From Paludibacteraceae bacterium (GTDB taxonomy: Bacteria; Bacteroidota; Bacteroidia; Bacteroidales; Paludibacteraceae), in contig JBGUYG010000030.1 of NCBI GenBank assembly GCA_045118535.1, forward strand, positions 1-63,038: a stretch of 63,038 nucleotides of DNA, in the 5' to 3' direction. The notes below the pieces were generated by a model that did no database searches, had not been told where the DNA came from, and saw only the letters and a list, made by a program, of their open reading frames with translations. Below, piece after piece: positions 44,766-56,200 of the stretch (the first letter of the stretch is position 1; each line of letters opens with the position of its first letter). The translations under genes were made by a program, and so were the position numbers.

Positions 44766-45515
44766 ATGTATCCTATAAAATTATTTTTATGTATATGTTT
44801 GTGTGTTCTTGTCTCATCATTTTCACTTCATGCTGATATAATTTCAGTAGTGTATGATAATTATCAAATGGGAATGAATTTACAATTATCTCCTGAAGAT
44901 GCCTCAAGAATGTCTGTTGAAGAGATAACCCAAATGATGTCCAAGCAGAAAAATGATCCAGCTAATTTGCAAAAAGAAGGTAATTCTAAAATGATATTTA
45001 CAGGCAAAGAATATGGCTATTCAATGGATACGACTGTTAAAAAAGGAAAATTTATTATAGAGGGACCTAGGTCTGTATATTATGATTTAGCACAAAATCA
45101 ATCTTTGCGTCCGAGTATGAAATCAGGTGGTAGTGAGTATGAGTTAGAAGTTGTTGTCTGTCCTTATAAACCAAAAGAATGGATAATTGAAGATGAAACG
45201 CAAACTATCAAAGGTTTATTATGCAAAAAAGCACGTTTAAAAATCAATGGGGAAAAAACGAAAAATACGGCAGAAATAGTTGCTTGGTTTTGTGAAAGTT
45301 TGCCATATACGGTTGGTCCAAAAGGATATACAGGATTACCGGGGTTGATAGTAAGGCTTGATATGGAAATTGAGGCTTTTGGCGGACTTAATGAGCGTGT
45401 AGAGATGAACTATTATGCTCTTTTGAAAGACAATAGTATCACACTTGTTCAGCCCAAAGGCAAGAAAGTAGAATGTAAAGGAATACATTATCAGGTTAAA
45501 TCTGTGGCGGAATAA
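44766..45515 (+). CDS. GLPGLI-family protein
   Basis: Signal peptide and the eponymous motif GYTGLPGLIVRL. An exact TACTTTTG promoter box lies upstream (~44707). Confidence 0.85.
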   Translation: MYPIKLFLCICLCVLVSSFSLHADIISVVYDNYQMGMNLQLSPEDASRMSVEEITQMMSKQKNDPANLQKEGNSKMIFTGKEYGYSMDTTVKKGKFIIEGPRSVYYDLAQNQSLRPSMKSGGSEYELEVVVCPYKPKEWIIEDETQTIKGLLCKKARLKINGEKTKNTAEIVAWFCESLPYTVGPKGYTGLPGLIVRLDMEIEAFGGLNERVEMNYYALLKDNSITLVQPKGKKVECKGIHYQVKSVAE

Positions 45516-45598
45516 AAAAGTTTTTTACTTTTTTGAAATTTTAGAGATTAGGCGAGTTTTTTATAACTCGCTTAATTGTCTAAAAACTTAAAACTCAT

Positions 45599-48214
45599 AT
45601 GCAAAAAGGTTGTATTGTCTTTTTGATAGTGTTTTTTTGTTGCTTATCCATTTCGTCCAAAAATTTTAAAGGGATTGTATTGGATAGCGATAAAATGCCG
45701 ATTGCTTATGCGAGCGTGATTTTACAAAATGACCACGATAGCATAATTGCATATGCTTACACGGATAATAATGGTCGGTTTTCGTTTTCATTGCCTGACG
45801 TTTCCTTGAGTATTTCAGTGCGTTGTTTGGGCTATAAACCCTTTTTTAAACATTATGCAGAACTTCCTAACACTTTAAGCATCGTTTTGCATGATGATGT
45901 ATACGAGTTATCTGACGTAACTATCAAAAGTAACTATTTTGGCGTGAAAGAACAAGGTGATACGTTACTTTTTTCTACACAGTATTTTTCTACGGGTGCC
46001 GAACAAAATATAGGCGACATTATTCGTAAAATGCCAGGCATGCAAGTTGATGCTACGGGAAAAGTAAAATATCAAAATATGCCGATCGGTGTTATTTTGA
46101 TTGACGGACAAGATGTTTTAGGCAATTCTTCGGGTATGTTTATCAATAATCTTTCTGCCGATTTTGCCTATGAAATAGAGTTGCAAAAAAAATATAACGA
46201 TGGTGACGTTGCCAATGCCTATTTGCAAAATAATACGCTTGCATTGAATTTAAAACGGAAAAAAGAAAAAGGAAGATGGGATGGAAATATCGCGGGTGGA
46301 TATGGCTATAAGAATAAATATAAAACGACAAATACACTTCTTTATCTTAATAAGTTTTCACTTACGGGAATTATAACCGCCAATAATACAGGTGAAGTTT
46401 TACTGTCCCCTGATGATTTTTTTAGTAATCAACAACCGCTTTCATCTGTTCTTTATTCTGGTGGAGGAATTACAACAACGCCTGTTTCTGATGAAGAAAT
46501 GTCGTTATTTTTTATTCCCAACAATGAATACAAACGGGTGCAAGAAGCCACAAATTTTAATTTTACATTTACAAAAAATGAGCGTTATAGAGGCACTTTG
46601 AGTGCAATCTATCAGCATTCTAATAGTGAAGCAGAGGATAAAACAACAATCCGTTATTTTTCCAATACACATGAGCACAATGACTCTTTATCAAACCGAT
46701 CAATAAATAAAAACCATTTATTATCTTTGAATATGCGTAATAATTGGTTCGTTTCCGATGAAACAACCATCAAAGCGAATACCGTTTTTAGTTATAGCAA
46801 ACAAGACCAACAAAATAGCAATATCCTATCACAAATCCAGATAAATAATTTTGCAAAAACGGATATTTTAAAACTACAACAAGATTTTACACTTAATCAA
46901 AAAATAGGAGAGGGCATTTTATATACTTCGTTGAATGTGGGCTACAATAACGAAAAAAATGCGAATAGTTTTATGTACGATGGTTTTAAAGCACCGCTTT
47001 CAGCTAATAATTTATGGGAATCAGATTATGTCAATCATTATACTTATGCTAACGGAGTAATTGGTGTGAATTATCCTCTTTATGAAAGAAAAATTTATTT
47101 ACAAACTGAAATTGAGGGACAATTCAAAAACACACAACGAAACACGGTGCAACAAGACACTAACATACAAGAAAATCTAACCAATACCACTATTGCAATG
47201 TATATAGGACTTAAAATGAATAAATTGGGAGTAATGAATTTATCACTTGGGACAAATTGTGCATACGATTTGATTTCTACCAATTTGAATAGTATTGATA
47301 AAAAACCATTTTTCTCTTTTTCGCCAAAAATAACGATGGCACTTCCTTTTACGATGCAACGAACTTTGGTGCTGACAAGTTCGCTAATGAATCAACCTGT
47401 AGAAATAGAGGCTTTACTTTACAACACACGCATAAAAACTTATAATTATATTCGGTTGCCTTCTCAGGTTAAGAATGTCAAATACAAATACTTACTTTCT
47501 GACATCAATTATTCTTTTCGCAATGTTCATAAACGGACTTTTTTTTCGATTATGATTTTTCACGTTTTTATGCACAATGGAGCGAGGGAACATTATTTTA
47601 TAGACGATTTTTTTAATTTTTATCAATATGAAAATGGTGGTAACACACATTTACTTACAACGTCTATTGATTTAGATAAAGGCATTGGTTATCAACCTTT
47701 TAAAATAACTTTTGAACCACGTTATGACTTCCAAGCCCACAAAAACAAAATGACCGATAAGCAAATTGGTGAACAAAATACAGAAATTTATTCTTCAAAT
47801 CTTACAATTCCATTTGCGTTTCTTTCTACTTATCAATCTATTCCTTTCAATTTTGAGATAAAAACGACTAATAATGGTATGATACAGACACTTTCTAAGA
47901 GTAGTTCTAAATATGTAAATCATGACCACGAAGCATCGTTAAAATTGATATTCCGCAAAAATAATTTTACGTCTTTTATTCGTTCCTATTGGCAAGGAAT
48001 GTTTGAAAAACAACATACGATTCATTTGTATGATTTGGATTTTAATATGGCTTATAAATGGCGAAAATGGGCGTTTTCTATTGAAGGAAAAAATGTATTG
48101 CACTTGAATGGTTACGAATGGTTTGTACAATCTGTTTCGTCAACCCAAGTCTCAAAAACTTTATACAGAAAGCATAGTGGGTATATTTTAGCAAGTGTAA
48201 AATATCAATTTTAA
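45599..48214 (+). CDS. outer-membrane beta-barrel protein with carboxypeptidase-regulatory-like N-domain and TonB-receptor-plug-like region
   Basis: KGIVLDSDKMPIAYASVIL...NGRFSF (CarbopepD_reg), GDIIRKMPGMQVD...ILIDGQDV (plug-like), and a long Tyr/Asn-rich beta-strand region ending in an aromatic residue (...VKYQF). This is the usual partner of GLPGLI genes. Confidence 0.75.
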   Translation: MQKGCIVFLIVFFCCLSISSKNFKGIVLDSDKMPIAYASVILQNDHDSIIAYAYTDNNGRFSFSLPDVSLSISVRCLGYKPFFKHYAELPNTLSIVLHDDVYELSDVTIKSNYFGVKEQGDTLLFSTQYFSTGAEQNIGDIIRKMPGMQVDATGKVKYQNMPIGVILIDGQDVLGNSSGMFINNLSADFAYEIELQKKYNDGDVANAYLQNNTLALNLKRKKEKGRWDGNIAGGYGYKNKYKTTNTLLYLNKFSLTGIITANNTGEVLLSPDDFFSNQQPLSSVLYSGGGITTTPVSDEEMSLFFIPNNEYKRVQEATNFNFTFTKNERYRGTLSAIYQHSNSEAEDKTTIRYFSNTHEHNDSLSNRSINKNHLLSLNMRNNWFVSDETTIKANTVFSYSKQDQQNSNILSQIQINNFAKTDILKLQQDFTLNQKIGEGILYTSLNVGYNNEKNANSFMYDGFKAPLSANNLWESDYVNHYTYANGVIGVNYPLYERKIYLQTEIEGQFKNTQRNTVQQDTNIQENLTNTTIAMYIGLKMNKLGVMNLSLGTNCAYDLISTNLNSIDKKPFFSFSPKITMALPFTMQRTLVLTSSLMNQPVEIEALLYNTRIKTYNYIRLPSQVKNVKYKYLLSDINYSFRNVHKRTFFSIMIFHVFMHNGAREHYFIDDFFNFYQYENGGNTHLLTTSIDLDKGIGYQPFKITFEPRYDFQAHKNKMTDKQIGEQNTEIYSSNLTIPFAFLSTYQSIPFNFEIKTTNNGMIQTLSKSSSKYVNHDHEASLKLIFRKNNFTSFIRSYWQGMFEKQHTIHLYDLDFNMAYKWRKWAFSIEGKNVLHLNGYEWFVQSVSSTQVSKTLYRKHSGYILASVKYQF

Positions 48215-48268
48215 AATTTGCAAATTCAATTTAGAAATGCAAAATGCAAAATTGACTTTTTGCAAACT

Positions 48269-48961
48269 TTACGCTAACAAAGGGTACATAGCAAATAACT
48301 CCAAAGCAGATGCTGTTTCGGGAAGTAGGCGTTGGCGGACAAAATTCTTAGCGGAATTATCCATAAGCACTTCACCTAATCCTTGCATCAACATGCGGGC
48401 GTTATACGACCGAACCTTTTCGGCACATTGTAAAGCATATTCGCTCACCGATAGGTTGGTGCGTAACTTGACAAGTTCTGCATTTATCTCGGTGCGTTTG
48501 TGCAAAAAGAACCATACATCGTAAATATCACGTGGCGTAACACGCTCGCCCAAAGCACATAACTTATGGGCAAACATATCGGGGAGTGTCATAAGGCGAA
48601 TATCTGTACCCAGCAATGTCTTGACTTCATAATGGTTGGGATATTCGCGGTTGCTCACTTCCACTTTGAGCATCCGCTCGCCTTTGCCGTAATTGAGAAC
48701 AAGGATAGGACCGTATAATTTCATGGCTTCGTCATCAATGGTGCCATATTGCAAGAGCAGTTTATGCAATTGACGATACACACTTTCTGCCTGTGTGTTG
48801 TCCAGCAGGTTAAAATCCAAGTCGGTAGAAAAACGATTCAGCCCATGAAAAAGCATCAGAGCCGTTCCGCCCTTAAAACCTAACGTTTGACTGAGCAACG
48901 TATCGCGAAAGATGGCAAGCAATACTTGGGTTAAATAATATCGATGTTTGTTAATATCCAT
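48269..48961 (-). CDS. AbiEii/AbiGii-family nucleotidyltransferase toxin (type IV TA)
   Basis: The N-terminus LGFKGGTALMLFHGLNRFSTDLDF is the DUF1814/AbiEii signature. It lies 3 nt downstream of the AbiEi-like gene. Confidence 0.85.
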   Translation of the reverse strand: MDINKHRYYLTQVLLAIFRDTLLSQTLGFKGGTALMLFHGLNRFSTDLDFNLLDNTQAESVYRQLHKLLLQYGTIDDEAMKLYGPILVLNYGKGERMLKVEVSNREYPNHYEVKTLLGTDIRLMTLPDMFAHKLCALGERVTPRDIYDVWFFLHKRTEINAELVKLRTNLSVSEYALQCAEKVRSYNARMLMQGLGEVLMDNSAKNFVRQRLLPETASALELFAMYPLLA

Positions 48962-48964
48962 AGG

Positions 48965-49525
48965 TCATTGTTTAAGCAGTTTTATGACTCGCTGTTCTAA
49001 AATGCGAGAATGATAACTCGGCAGGATTTGCTTGACCAACTTTTGGTTAAGCGGACGCAGGTTGTCGAAATAGCATTGTCCCGCACTAAGATACATCATA
49101 TCCAAAAACGCCCGCTCGGGTGTAGCAATCGCTATGTTGTTGCGTTGTTCGATGCCTGCCATGTTGGTCCAAAAAAGAGGGTTGATTTTCCGAAAGACAT
49201 ACGGCACATCATCTACCACGATAGTGCGGTTTTGGTAACTGATACAGGTGATGTCCGACCGAAACTGAAACGTGATGCCTGCACGCGATAAAACATATTC
49301 AAGCGAGATATAGGACGGTTTGAGCAAAGCACATGCCATCTCTTGCGGGTCATAAACAGGTTTGGTGTAGATACCTTTGCGAGGGTTGCGAATGTCGCCT
49401 TTTTTAGCATAATACATAAGCGAACGCCCAACCGAAACGCGTTTGTCGGAGTTGCTAAGAAGCAGTACAGATTGCGGAGTGAATACCGTCCGAGAGTTCG
49501 TTAATATGGTGTTTAAAATATCCAT
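48965..49525 (-). CDS. AbiEi-like antitoxin / transcriptional regulator
   Basis: An N-terminal wHTH-like segment and a C-terminal AbiEi_4-like region (ATPERAFLDMMYL). The track start at 49564 is GTG, and ATG 49525 is preferred. Confidence 0.7.
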   Translation of the reverse strand: MDILNTILTNSRTVFTPQSVLLLSNSDKRVSVGRSLMYYAKKGDIRNPRKGIYTKPVYDPQEMACALLKPSYISLEYVLSRAGITFQFRSDITCISYQNRTIVVDDVPYVFRKINPLFWTNMAGIEQRNNIAIATPERAFLDMMYLSAGQCYFDNLRPLNQKLVKQILPSYHSRILEQRVIKLLKQ

Positions 49526-49702
49526 TTGAGAGCCATAACTACAAATTATTTGTATTTTCAGCACACAAAAATACGATATATTTTTTATTTATGCAAGATT
49601 TTAATTCAAATCTAAAAATGCAGGTTTGCTTCAAGATATTGTTTATTCAAAATTTATAACTACCTTTGCACACAAATTATTAACCATTAAAACTTACAAT
49701 TT

Positions 49703-50437
49703 ATGAAAACAAATGTCTTTAAATTGGTTGCCGTGATTGCATTGAATTGCGTGTTTGCTTTGTCGGCAGTGGCTAAAAACATTGCGGTAGTGTATGAAAA
49801 ATTTAGCCTTCCTGCTGAGGTTGTCAAATATTTCAGTTACGAAGGAGGTAAAACGTCTGACGACATGCGTGAACAATTTTCGAACGAAGATAAAATGGTT
49901 TCAGACGGCTTTTACAAAATGGTACTTTTGGGCAGAGAATACGCTTTTTCAGCCGACACAACCGTCCAAAACGGAAAATTGAACGTAAAGGGTGTAGATG
50001 GTGTATATATTGATTTGAAGAAAAATATCGTATTGCGAACCTCTACTTCAAAAACCGAAGAGGGCGAAAACGTGATTTGCGAACTCCCGTACAAGAAAAA
50101 AATGTGGACAATACAAAAAGAAAAGAAAACGATTGCTGGTCAACTGTGCAAAAAAGCCGTTCTTAAAATTGAGAATCCCGTTACTACCACCAATTCCTCG
50201 AATGAACTGCCATCTGGAAGTACGCAGTTGGCATCGGAAGTTATTGCTTGGTTTTGCGAAGATTTGCCGTATTATGCGGGACCTAAAGGTTTTGACGGTT
50301 TGCCAGGCTTGATTATGCGTTTGGAAACCAAGACAGAATGGTTGGGCTATACAGAACGCTACGAGCTCACATCGTACTCGTTCCCCGACAAAATCGCTAT
50401 CGTGCAACCGCAAGGCGAAAAAGTGCAATGTAAATAA
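49703..50437 (+). CDS. GLPGLI-family protein (second paralog)
   Basis: Signal peptide and the motif GFDGLPGLIMRL. It is colinear with the 44766-45515 paralog (…IAWFCE(S/D)LPY..GPKG..GLPGLI.RL). Confidence 0.85.
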   Translation: MKTNVFKLVAVIALNCVFALSAVAKNIAVVYEKFSLPAEVVKYFSYEGGKTSDDMREQFSNEDKMVSDGFYKMVLLGREYAFSADTTVQNGKLNVKGVDGVYIDLKKNIVLRTSTSKTEEGENVICELPYKKKMWTIQKEKKTIAGQLCKKAVLKIENPVTTTNSSNELPSGSTQLASEVIAWFCEDLPYYAGPKGFDGLPGLIMRLETKTEWLGYTERYELTSYSFPDKIAIVQPQGEKVQCK

Positions 50438-50478
50438 TCCTTCCTGCTCTTACCTTGTAACCCCAAAATAGTTAAGAT

Positions 50479-51381
50479 ATGAAACCCACATTGTTTATAT
50501 TAGCCGCTGGAATGGGTAGCCGTTATGGCGGTTTGAAGCAGTTAGACGGCGTTGGTCCGAACGGGGAAACGATTATGGATTATTCCGTTTTTGATGCCTT
50601 GCGGGCAGGCTTTGGGAAAGTCGTGTTTGTTATTCGTAACGATTTTGAAGACGATTTCCGTAAGGTTGTACTCGCAAAATACCAACACAATGTGCCTTGT
50701 GAGGTGTGTTTTCAGTCGATTGACAAGGTCCCTGCTGGTTTTAGGGTTCCTGCTGAACGTACCAAGCCTTGGGGGACTAACCATGCCGTTTTAATGGGAA
50801 AAGAAGTGATTAACGAACCTTTCCTGGTTATCAATGCGGACGATTTCTACGGCAAAGAATCCTTTGAGGTCTTAGCCCAGTTCTTAACCAACGTAGCAGG
50901 GAAGCAAGGGCAGTATTGCATGGCAGGTTATCGTATTGGCAACACCCTTTCGGAAAACGGAAGCGTCAATCGAGGGATTTGTCAAACGGATGTCGAGGGC
51001 TTCTTGACGGATGTGGTGGAGCGGACGAACATTGAAGAGGTTGATGGCAAGATAACCTTCAAAGACGAGCAAGGTTATGAGGTAACCGTGCCCTTTAACA
51101 CGCCTGTCAGTATGAATATGTGGGGCTTTACGCCAGAGTACTTTGACTTCTCGCAAACGGCTTTTGAACAGTTCCTAAAAGTCCACGGCAACGAACCCAA
51201 GTCGGAAATGTACATCCCGACAGTTGTCAACGACCTTATCAAAGCGGGCAAGGTAACCTGCAAGGTCTTGGATACGCCTGCCCACTGGTTCGGGGTAACC
51301 TATGCAAACGACCGTCCAGCCGTGGTGGCAAAATTAAAAGAGTTGTCTGAACAAGGGGTTTATCCCGCAAAATTATTTTAG
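50479..51381 (+). CDS. sugar-phosphate nucleotidyltransferase family protein
   Basis: An N-terminal LAAGMGSRYGGLKQL (GxGxR) signature and a GT-A-like fold sequence. It is adjacent to galE. Confidence 0.75.
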   Translation: MKPTLFILAAGMGSRYGGLKQLDGVGPNGETIMDYSVFDALRAGFGKVVFVIRNDFEDDFRKVVLAKYQHNVPCEVCFQSIDKVPAGFRVPAERTKPWGTNHAVLMGKEVINEPFLVINADDFYGKESFEVLAQFLTNVAGKQGQYCMAGYRIGNTLSENGSVNRGICQTDVEGFLTDVVERTNIEEVDGKITFKDEQGYEVTVPFNTPVSMNMWGFTPEYFDFSQTAFEQFLKVHGNEPKSEMYIPTVVNDLIKAGKVTCKVLDTPAHWFGVTYANDRPAVVAKLKELSEQGVYPAKLF

Positions 51382-51383
51382 GT

Positions 51384-52415
51384 ATGAAACGAGTTTTAGT
51401 AACAGGAGGGACGGGTTATATCGGGTCCCACACGGTAGTCGAGTTGCTCCATGCAGGCTTTGAGGTGGCTATCGTGGATAACCTAAGCAATTCCAACCAA
51501 GATGTGCTACAAGGCATCGCCGATATAACGGGTCAGACCGTTCCGTTTGAGCAAGTAGATTGCACCGACAAAAAGGCTATGGATGCAGTCTTTGGTAAGT
51601 ATCCCGACATCGTGGCAGTGATTCATTTTGCGGCAAGCAAGGCTGTAGGCGAGTCGGTGGCAAACCCACTTCTGTACTATCGCAATAACATAGGGTCGTT
51701 AATCACCCTATTGGAGTTAATGCGGGAGCATAAGGTACCAAACATCGTCTTTTCTTCTTCCTGTACGGTGTATGGACAACCTGATACCAACCACTTGCCT
51801 GTGGACGAAACGACACCGATTCAACCCGCTCTCTCGCCATACGGTAATACGAAGCAAATCAACGAAGAAATCATTCGCGACACGGCTCACAGTGATGCCA
51901 ACTTACACGCTATCTTGTTGCGATACTTCAATCCGATTGGGGCTCATCCTTCCGCAAAAATTGGCGAGTTGCCCAATGGCGTCCCGCAAAACTTAGTACC
52001 TTTTATTACGCAAACGGCAGCGGGAATACGCAAGGAATTGAGCGTCTTTGGCAATGACTACAACACCCCAGACGGTTCGTGTATTCGCGATTATATCAAC
52101 GTGGTTGACCTCGCCAAAGCCCACGTGGTAGCCGTTAATCGTATGTTGGAAAAGAAGGCTTCCGAGCAGGTTGAGGTCTTTAATCTGGGTACAGGAAGAG
52201 GCTTGTCGGTACTGGAACTACTCAATACGTTTATTCGGGTTACGGGCGTTGATGTTCCTTATAAAATCGTGGGTCGTCGTGAAGGAGACATCGAGCAGGT
52301 CTGGGCTAACCCGCAACGAGCCAATACAGTGTTAGGTTGGAAAGCCACGGCAACGGTGGAGGAGACGCTACTTTCGGCATGGCATTGGCAAGAGCACTTC
52401 GCTCACAAAAAATAA
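51384..52415 (+). CDS. galE: UDP-glucose 4-epimerase
   Basis: VTGGTGYIGSH, the catalytic YGNTK, and full-length GalE-like sequence (343 aa). Confidence 0.95.
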   Translation: MKRVLVTGGTGYIGSHTVVELLHAGFEVAIVDNLSNSNQDVLQGIADITGQTVPFEQVDCTDKKAMDAVFGKYPDIVAVIHFAASKAVGESVANPLLYYRNNIGSLITLLELMREHKVPNIVFSSSCTVYGQPDTNHLPVDETTPIQPALSPYGNTKQINEEIIRDTAHSDANLHAILLRYFNPIGAHPSAKIGELPNGVPQNLVPFITQTAAGIRKELSVFGNDYNTPDGSCIRDYINVVDLAKAHVVAVNRMLEKKASEQVEVFNLGTGRGLSVLELLNTFIRVTGVDVPYKIVGRREGDIEQVWANPQRANTVLGWKATATVEETLLSAWHWQEHFAHKK

Positions 52416-52507
52416 GCAACGGATATGTTGTGCAAACATTTTTTTGTTTGTCCATTTGAAAAAAATACTGTACCTTCGTGTCAGATGTTTAATTAAAAAT
52501 AAAGATT

Positions 52508-52972
52508 ATGAAAAAAGATTTATTAGTTATTTTATTATTGTGTTTTTTAGGTTTAACGTTTTCGTCTTGTAGCGATTCAAGTGAGCCTGAAAATGGTGGT
52601 GAAGTGGAACAAACCGCTCCAGATTGGACAATAGGAACTTGGGAAACAACGGCTGATGTGGTAGAAGAAACCTACCAAAGAGAATTTAAAATCACAGAGA
52701 ATTCTTTTCAATGGGTAGGTAAATATGCATTGGACGAGTATGTTTTTGACAAAGAGATGACGTATGAAAATCAGCTTACAGGAGATAAGTATACAACTAA
52801 ATGGTCGGTTTCTAAAAAAACAAACACCGAATTTGTTTTAGATTCGTATGTAGATGGGAAGAATTTAGGTCCCCATTTTAGTTTGGAAAAAAGTGGCGAT
52901 AAGGTTTATTACAGACTGTGGAATGGCGATTGGGGACTTACAAAAGATCGTTGGGAAGTTGTGAAGTTATGA
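52508..52972 (+). CDS. small lipoprotein, function unknown
   Basis: Lipobox LGLTFSSC. The gene is AT-rich and is followed by a strong terminator. Confidence 0.6.
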   Translation: MKKDLLVILLLCFLGLTFSSCSDSSEPENGGEVEQTAPDWTIGTWETTADVVEETYQREFKITENSFQWVGKYALDEYVFDKEMTYENQLTGDKYTTKWSVSKKTNTEFVLDSYVDGKNLGPHFSLEKSGDKVYYRLWNGDWGLTKDRWEVVKL

Positions 52973-53005
52973 AAAATAATTGCGATTTCCGATAATTTAT
53001 CCTTT

Positions 53006-53047
53006 GTTGGCAGAGAGTAGCGATATTTTCTGCCAACTTTTTTATTT
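53006..53047 (+). terminator. Rho-independent terminator
   Basis: GTTGGCAGA-(13 nt)-TCTGCCAAC, followed by TTTTTTATTTG. Confidence 0.65.
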
Positions 53048-53273
53048 GTTCTTTTGGAAAAACACAAAATACTTTTTACTAAGTCGTAATGAAGATATTG
53101 TGGAAAAAAATCCAAAGCTGAAAAATAAAAATATGACATAGTGCCACAAGTTGGCATTTTGCTGTTTTATTTTTGCAACAAAAAAAGAAAAATCAGACGA
53201 TTTTTTGAATTTATAAATGGATTTTATTACCTTCGAAAAGCGTATAATTTACTAATTTCAATTACATAAAACT

Positions 53274-56200
53274 ATGATTTTCACTCATTTACATGTTCAC
53301 TCGCACTACTCCATGTTAGATGGTATGAGTAAAATTCCCGATTTGGTAAACAAGTGTCTCGACACAGGGATGAATGCGATTGCCTTGACCGACCACGGGA
53401 ATATGTTCGGCATCAAAGAGTTTTTGGATTACTGCAAAAAAATCAACAAAGCAAACAAAGACAAAGAGGGTTTCGTCCCTTTCAAACCCATCGTGGGTGT
53501 GGAAGCGTATTGTGCCAGACGAAGCCGCAAAAATAAGGACAAAAACTTCAAGGAAGTCCGCAATGGCAAAGAGATTATCGTGGATTATAGCGGTTGGCAT
53601 TTGATTTTACTCGCCAAAAACAAAGTCGGCTATCGGAACCTCTGTAAGTTGGTCAGTGCAAGTTATATGGAGGATAGTTTTTACGGCAAACCGCGTATTG
53701 ACAAAGACCTTTTGGAACAGTATCACGAAGGTATTATTTGTTCGTCGGCGTGCTTGGCAGGCGAAGTGCCACAGAAGATTTTGCAAAAAAAACTGACCGA
53801 AGCCGAAGAAAGCATTAAGTGGTTCAAAAACCTGTTTGGCGACGATTACTATTTGGAGTTGCAACGGCACCACACGACCAAAGAAAACGCCGATACCGAA
53901 GTATATGAAAAGCAAAAAATAGTTGTGCCGATGTTGGTGGAGTTAGGGCAAAAATTAGGTGTGAAAGTGATTGCGACCAACGACGTGCATTTTGTGGAAG
54001 AAGAACACGCCGAAGCCCACGACCGATTGATTTGTTTGAGTACGGGACGCGTGATGGGCGACTCCAACCGAATGCACTACACCAAGCAAGAGTGGCTCAA
54101 AATGCCCGAAGAGATGGCGGAAATCTTCCAAGACATTCCCCAAGCCATCGCCAATACCCAAGAAATCGCCGATAAAGTGGAGATTTACGATATTGATTCG
54201 GTGCCTTTGATGCCCGTCTTTCCTATTCCGCAAGACTTTGGAACGGAAGAAGAGTATCGCAAAAAGTTTACCGAGCAGGATTTGTTCAACGAATTTACGC
54301 GTAACGAGCACGGCGAAGTGGTTTTATCCGAAGAGGAAGCCAACAAAAAAATCACGACCTTAGGCGGTTATGACCGATTATATCGTATCAAATTGGAAGC
54401 GGATTACTTGGAACATCTGACGATGGAGGGTGCCAAAAAACGCTACGGCGACAACCTCACACCCGAAGTGCAGGAGCGAATCAAGTTCGAGTTGCATGTG
54501 ATGAAGACGATGGGTTTCCCGAGTTACTTCCTCATCGTTGCGGATTATATTCGGGCTGCTCGGGAGGAGTTGGACGTGAGCGTTGGACCAGGGCGAGGTA
54601 GTGCTGCGGGAAGCGTGGTGGCGTATTGCTTGCGAATTACCGACTTAGACCCCTTGGAGTATAACCTACTGTTTGAGCGTTTCTTGAACCCCGACCGTAT
54701 CTCCTTGCCTGATATTGATACCGACTTCGACGATTACGGCCGCGAAAAAGTGTTGGATTGGGTTACGAAAAAATACGGCGTAGATCACGTGGCACATATC
54801 ATCACTTACGGAACCATGGCAGCCAAGTCGGCTATCGCAGACGTGGGACGCGTGCAACAAATCCCCCTGACTGAAGTGAACCGCATTAAAAAGTTGGTGC
54901 CCTACAAGCTCTCGCTCGCAGAGTGTTACGAAAAAATAAATGAGTTTAAGGAAATCATTCAATCGGGTCCCGAAGACATCAAAACCATGCTTCATTATGC
55001 AGCCGAGTTGGAGGGAACGAACCGACAGGTGGGCATACATGCTTGCGGGGTTATCATTGGACCTGACGACCTAACCAACTTTGCACCTTTGGCTACGGTG
55101 GAGGATAAGGAGACAGGCAAGCGGGTTGTTGTAACCGAATACGATGGGCACGTCATTGAGTCGGTGGGCTTGATAAAGATGGACTTCTTGGGCTTGACAA
55201 CCCTCACGATTATCAAAGATTGCTTGGCATTGGTGCAGAAGACACGAGGTATCAAAGTGGACATTGACGCTATCCCGCACGATGACCAGAAGGCATTCCA
55301 ACTCTTCCGAGACGGCTTGACGCAAGGCATATTCCAGTTTGAATCGGACGGAATGCGGCATTACCTCAAAAGTTTGCAACCTACCTCCATTGACGACTTG
55401 ATTGCGATGAATGCGTTGTATCGCCCCGGACCGATGGATTATATCCCTTCCTACATCAAACGTAAACACGGGCAGGAGAAAATCACCTACGACATTCCGA
55501 TTATGGAGCAGTACCTCAAAGATACGTATGGCATCACGGTTTACCAAGAGCAGGTAATGCAACTCTCGCAACTCTTGGCAGGCTTCACGCGTGGTCAAGC
55601 CGACACGCTTCGTAAGGCGATGGGTAAGAAAATCGCGTCTATGTTGGAGGATTTGAAGCCGAAGTTCTTGGAAGGTGGTAAGAAAAACGGGCATGCCGAA
55701 GATAAGTTGAATAAAATCTGGGCAGATTGGGAGAAGTTTGCTGAGTATGCGTTCAACAAAAGTCATGCGGCGTGCTATGCGTGGATTGCCTACCAGACAG
55801 CCTACCTTAAGGCTCACTATACGGCTGAGTTCCTCGCTGCCAACCTCACCAACTCCAAAAATAATCGGGACGCGATGGCAGTGCTTCTGACAGATTGTAA
55901 GACGTTTGAAATTCCTGTGTTGCCACCCGACATCAACGAGTCCGAAGTGGATTTCACGGTGAACGAGCAAGGTGCCATCCGTTTTGGGTTGAGTGGCGTC
56001 AAAGGAGTGGGCGAAAAAGTGGTGGATATTATTTTGGCTGAACGAAACAAAGGGGGCAAATACAAAGATATTTACGATTTTGTGGAACGTGCTACCAACG
56101 CTTGCAACAAAGGTACGATGGAGTCGCTGACCTATGCGGGTGCCTTTGATAGTTTGGGCTGCAAACGCGAGCAATTAGTCGCAACCAACGAGCAAGGCGA

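Noticed and set aside
45552-45582. 11-bp hairpin TTAGGCGAGTT-TTTTAT-AACTCGCTTAA between the GLPGLI gene and its receptor partner as a terminator or attenuator
   Set aside because: No T-run follows it. It may modulate read-through, but the sequence alone does not support a specific call.
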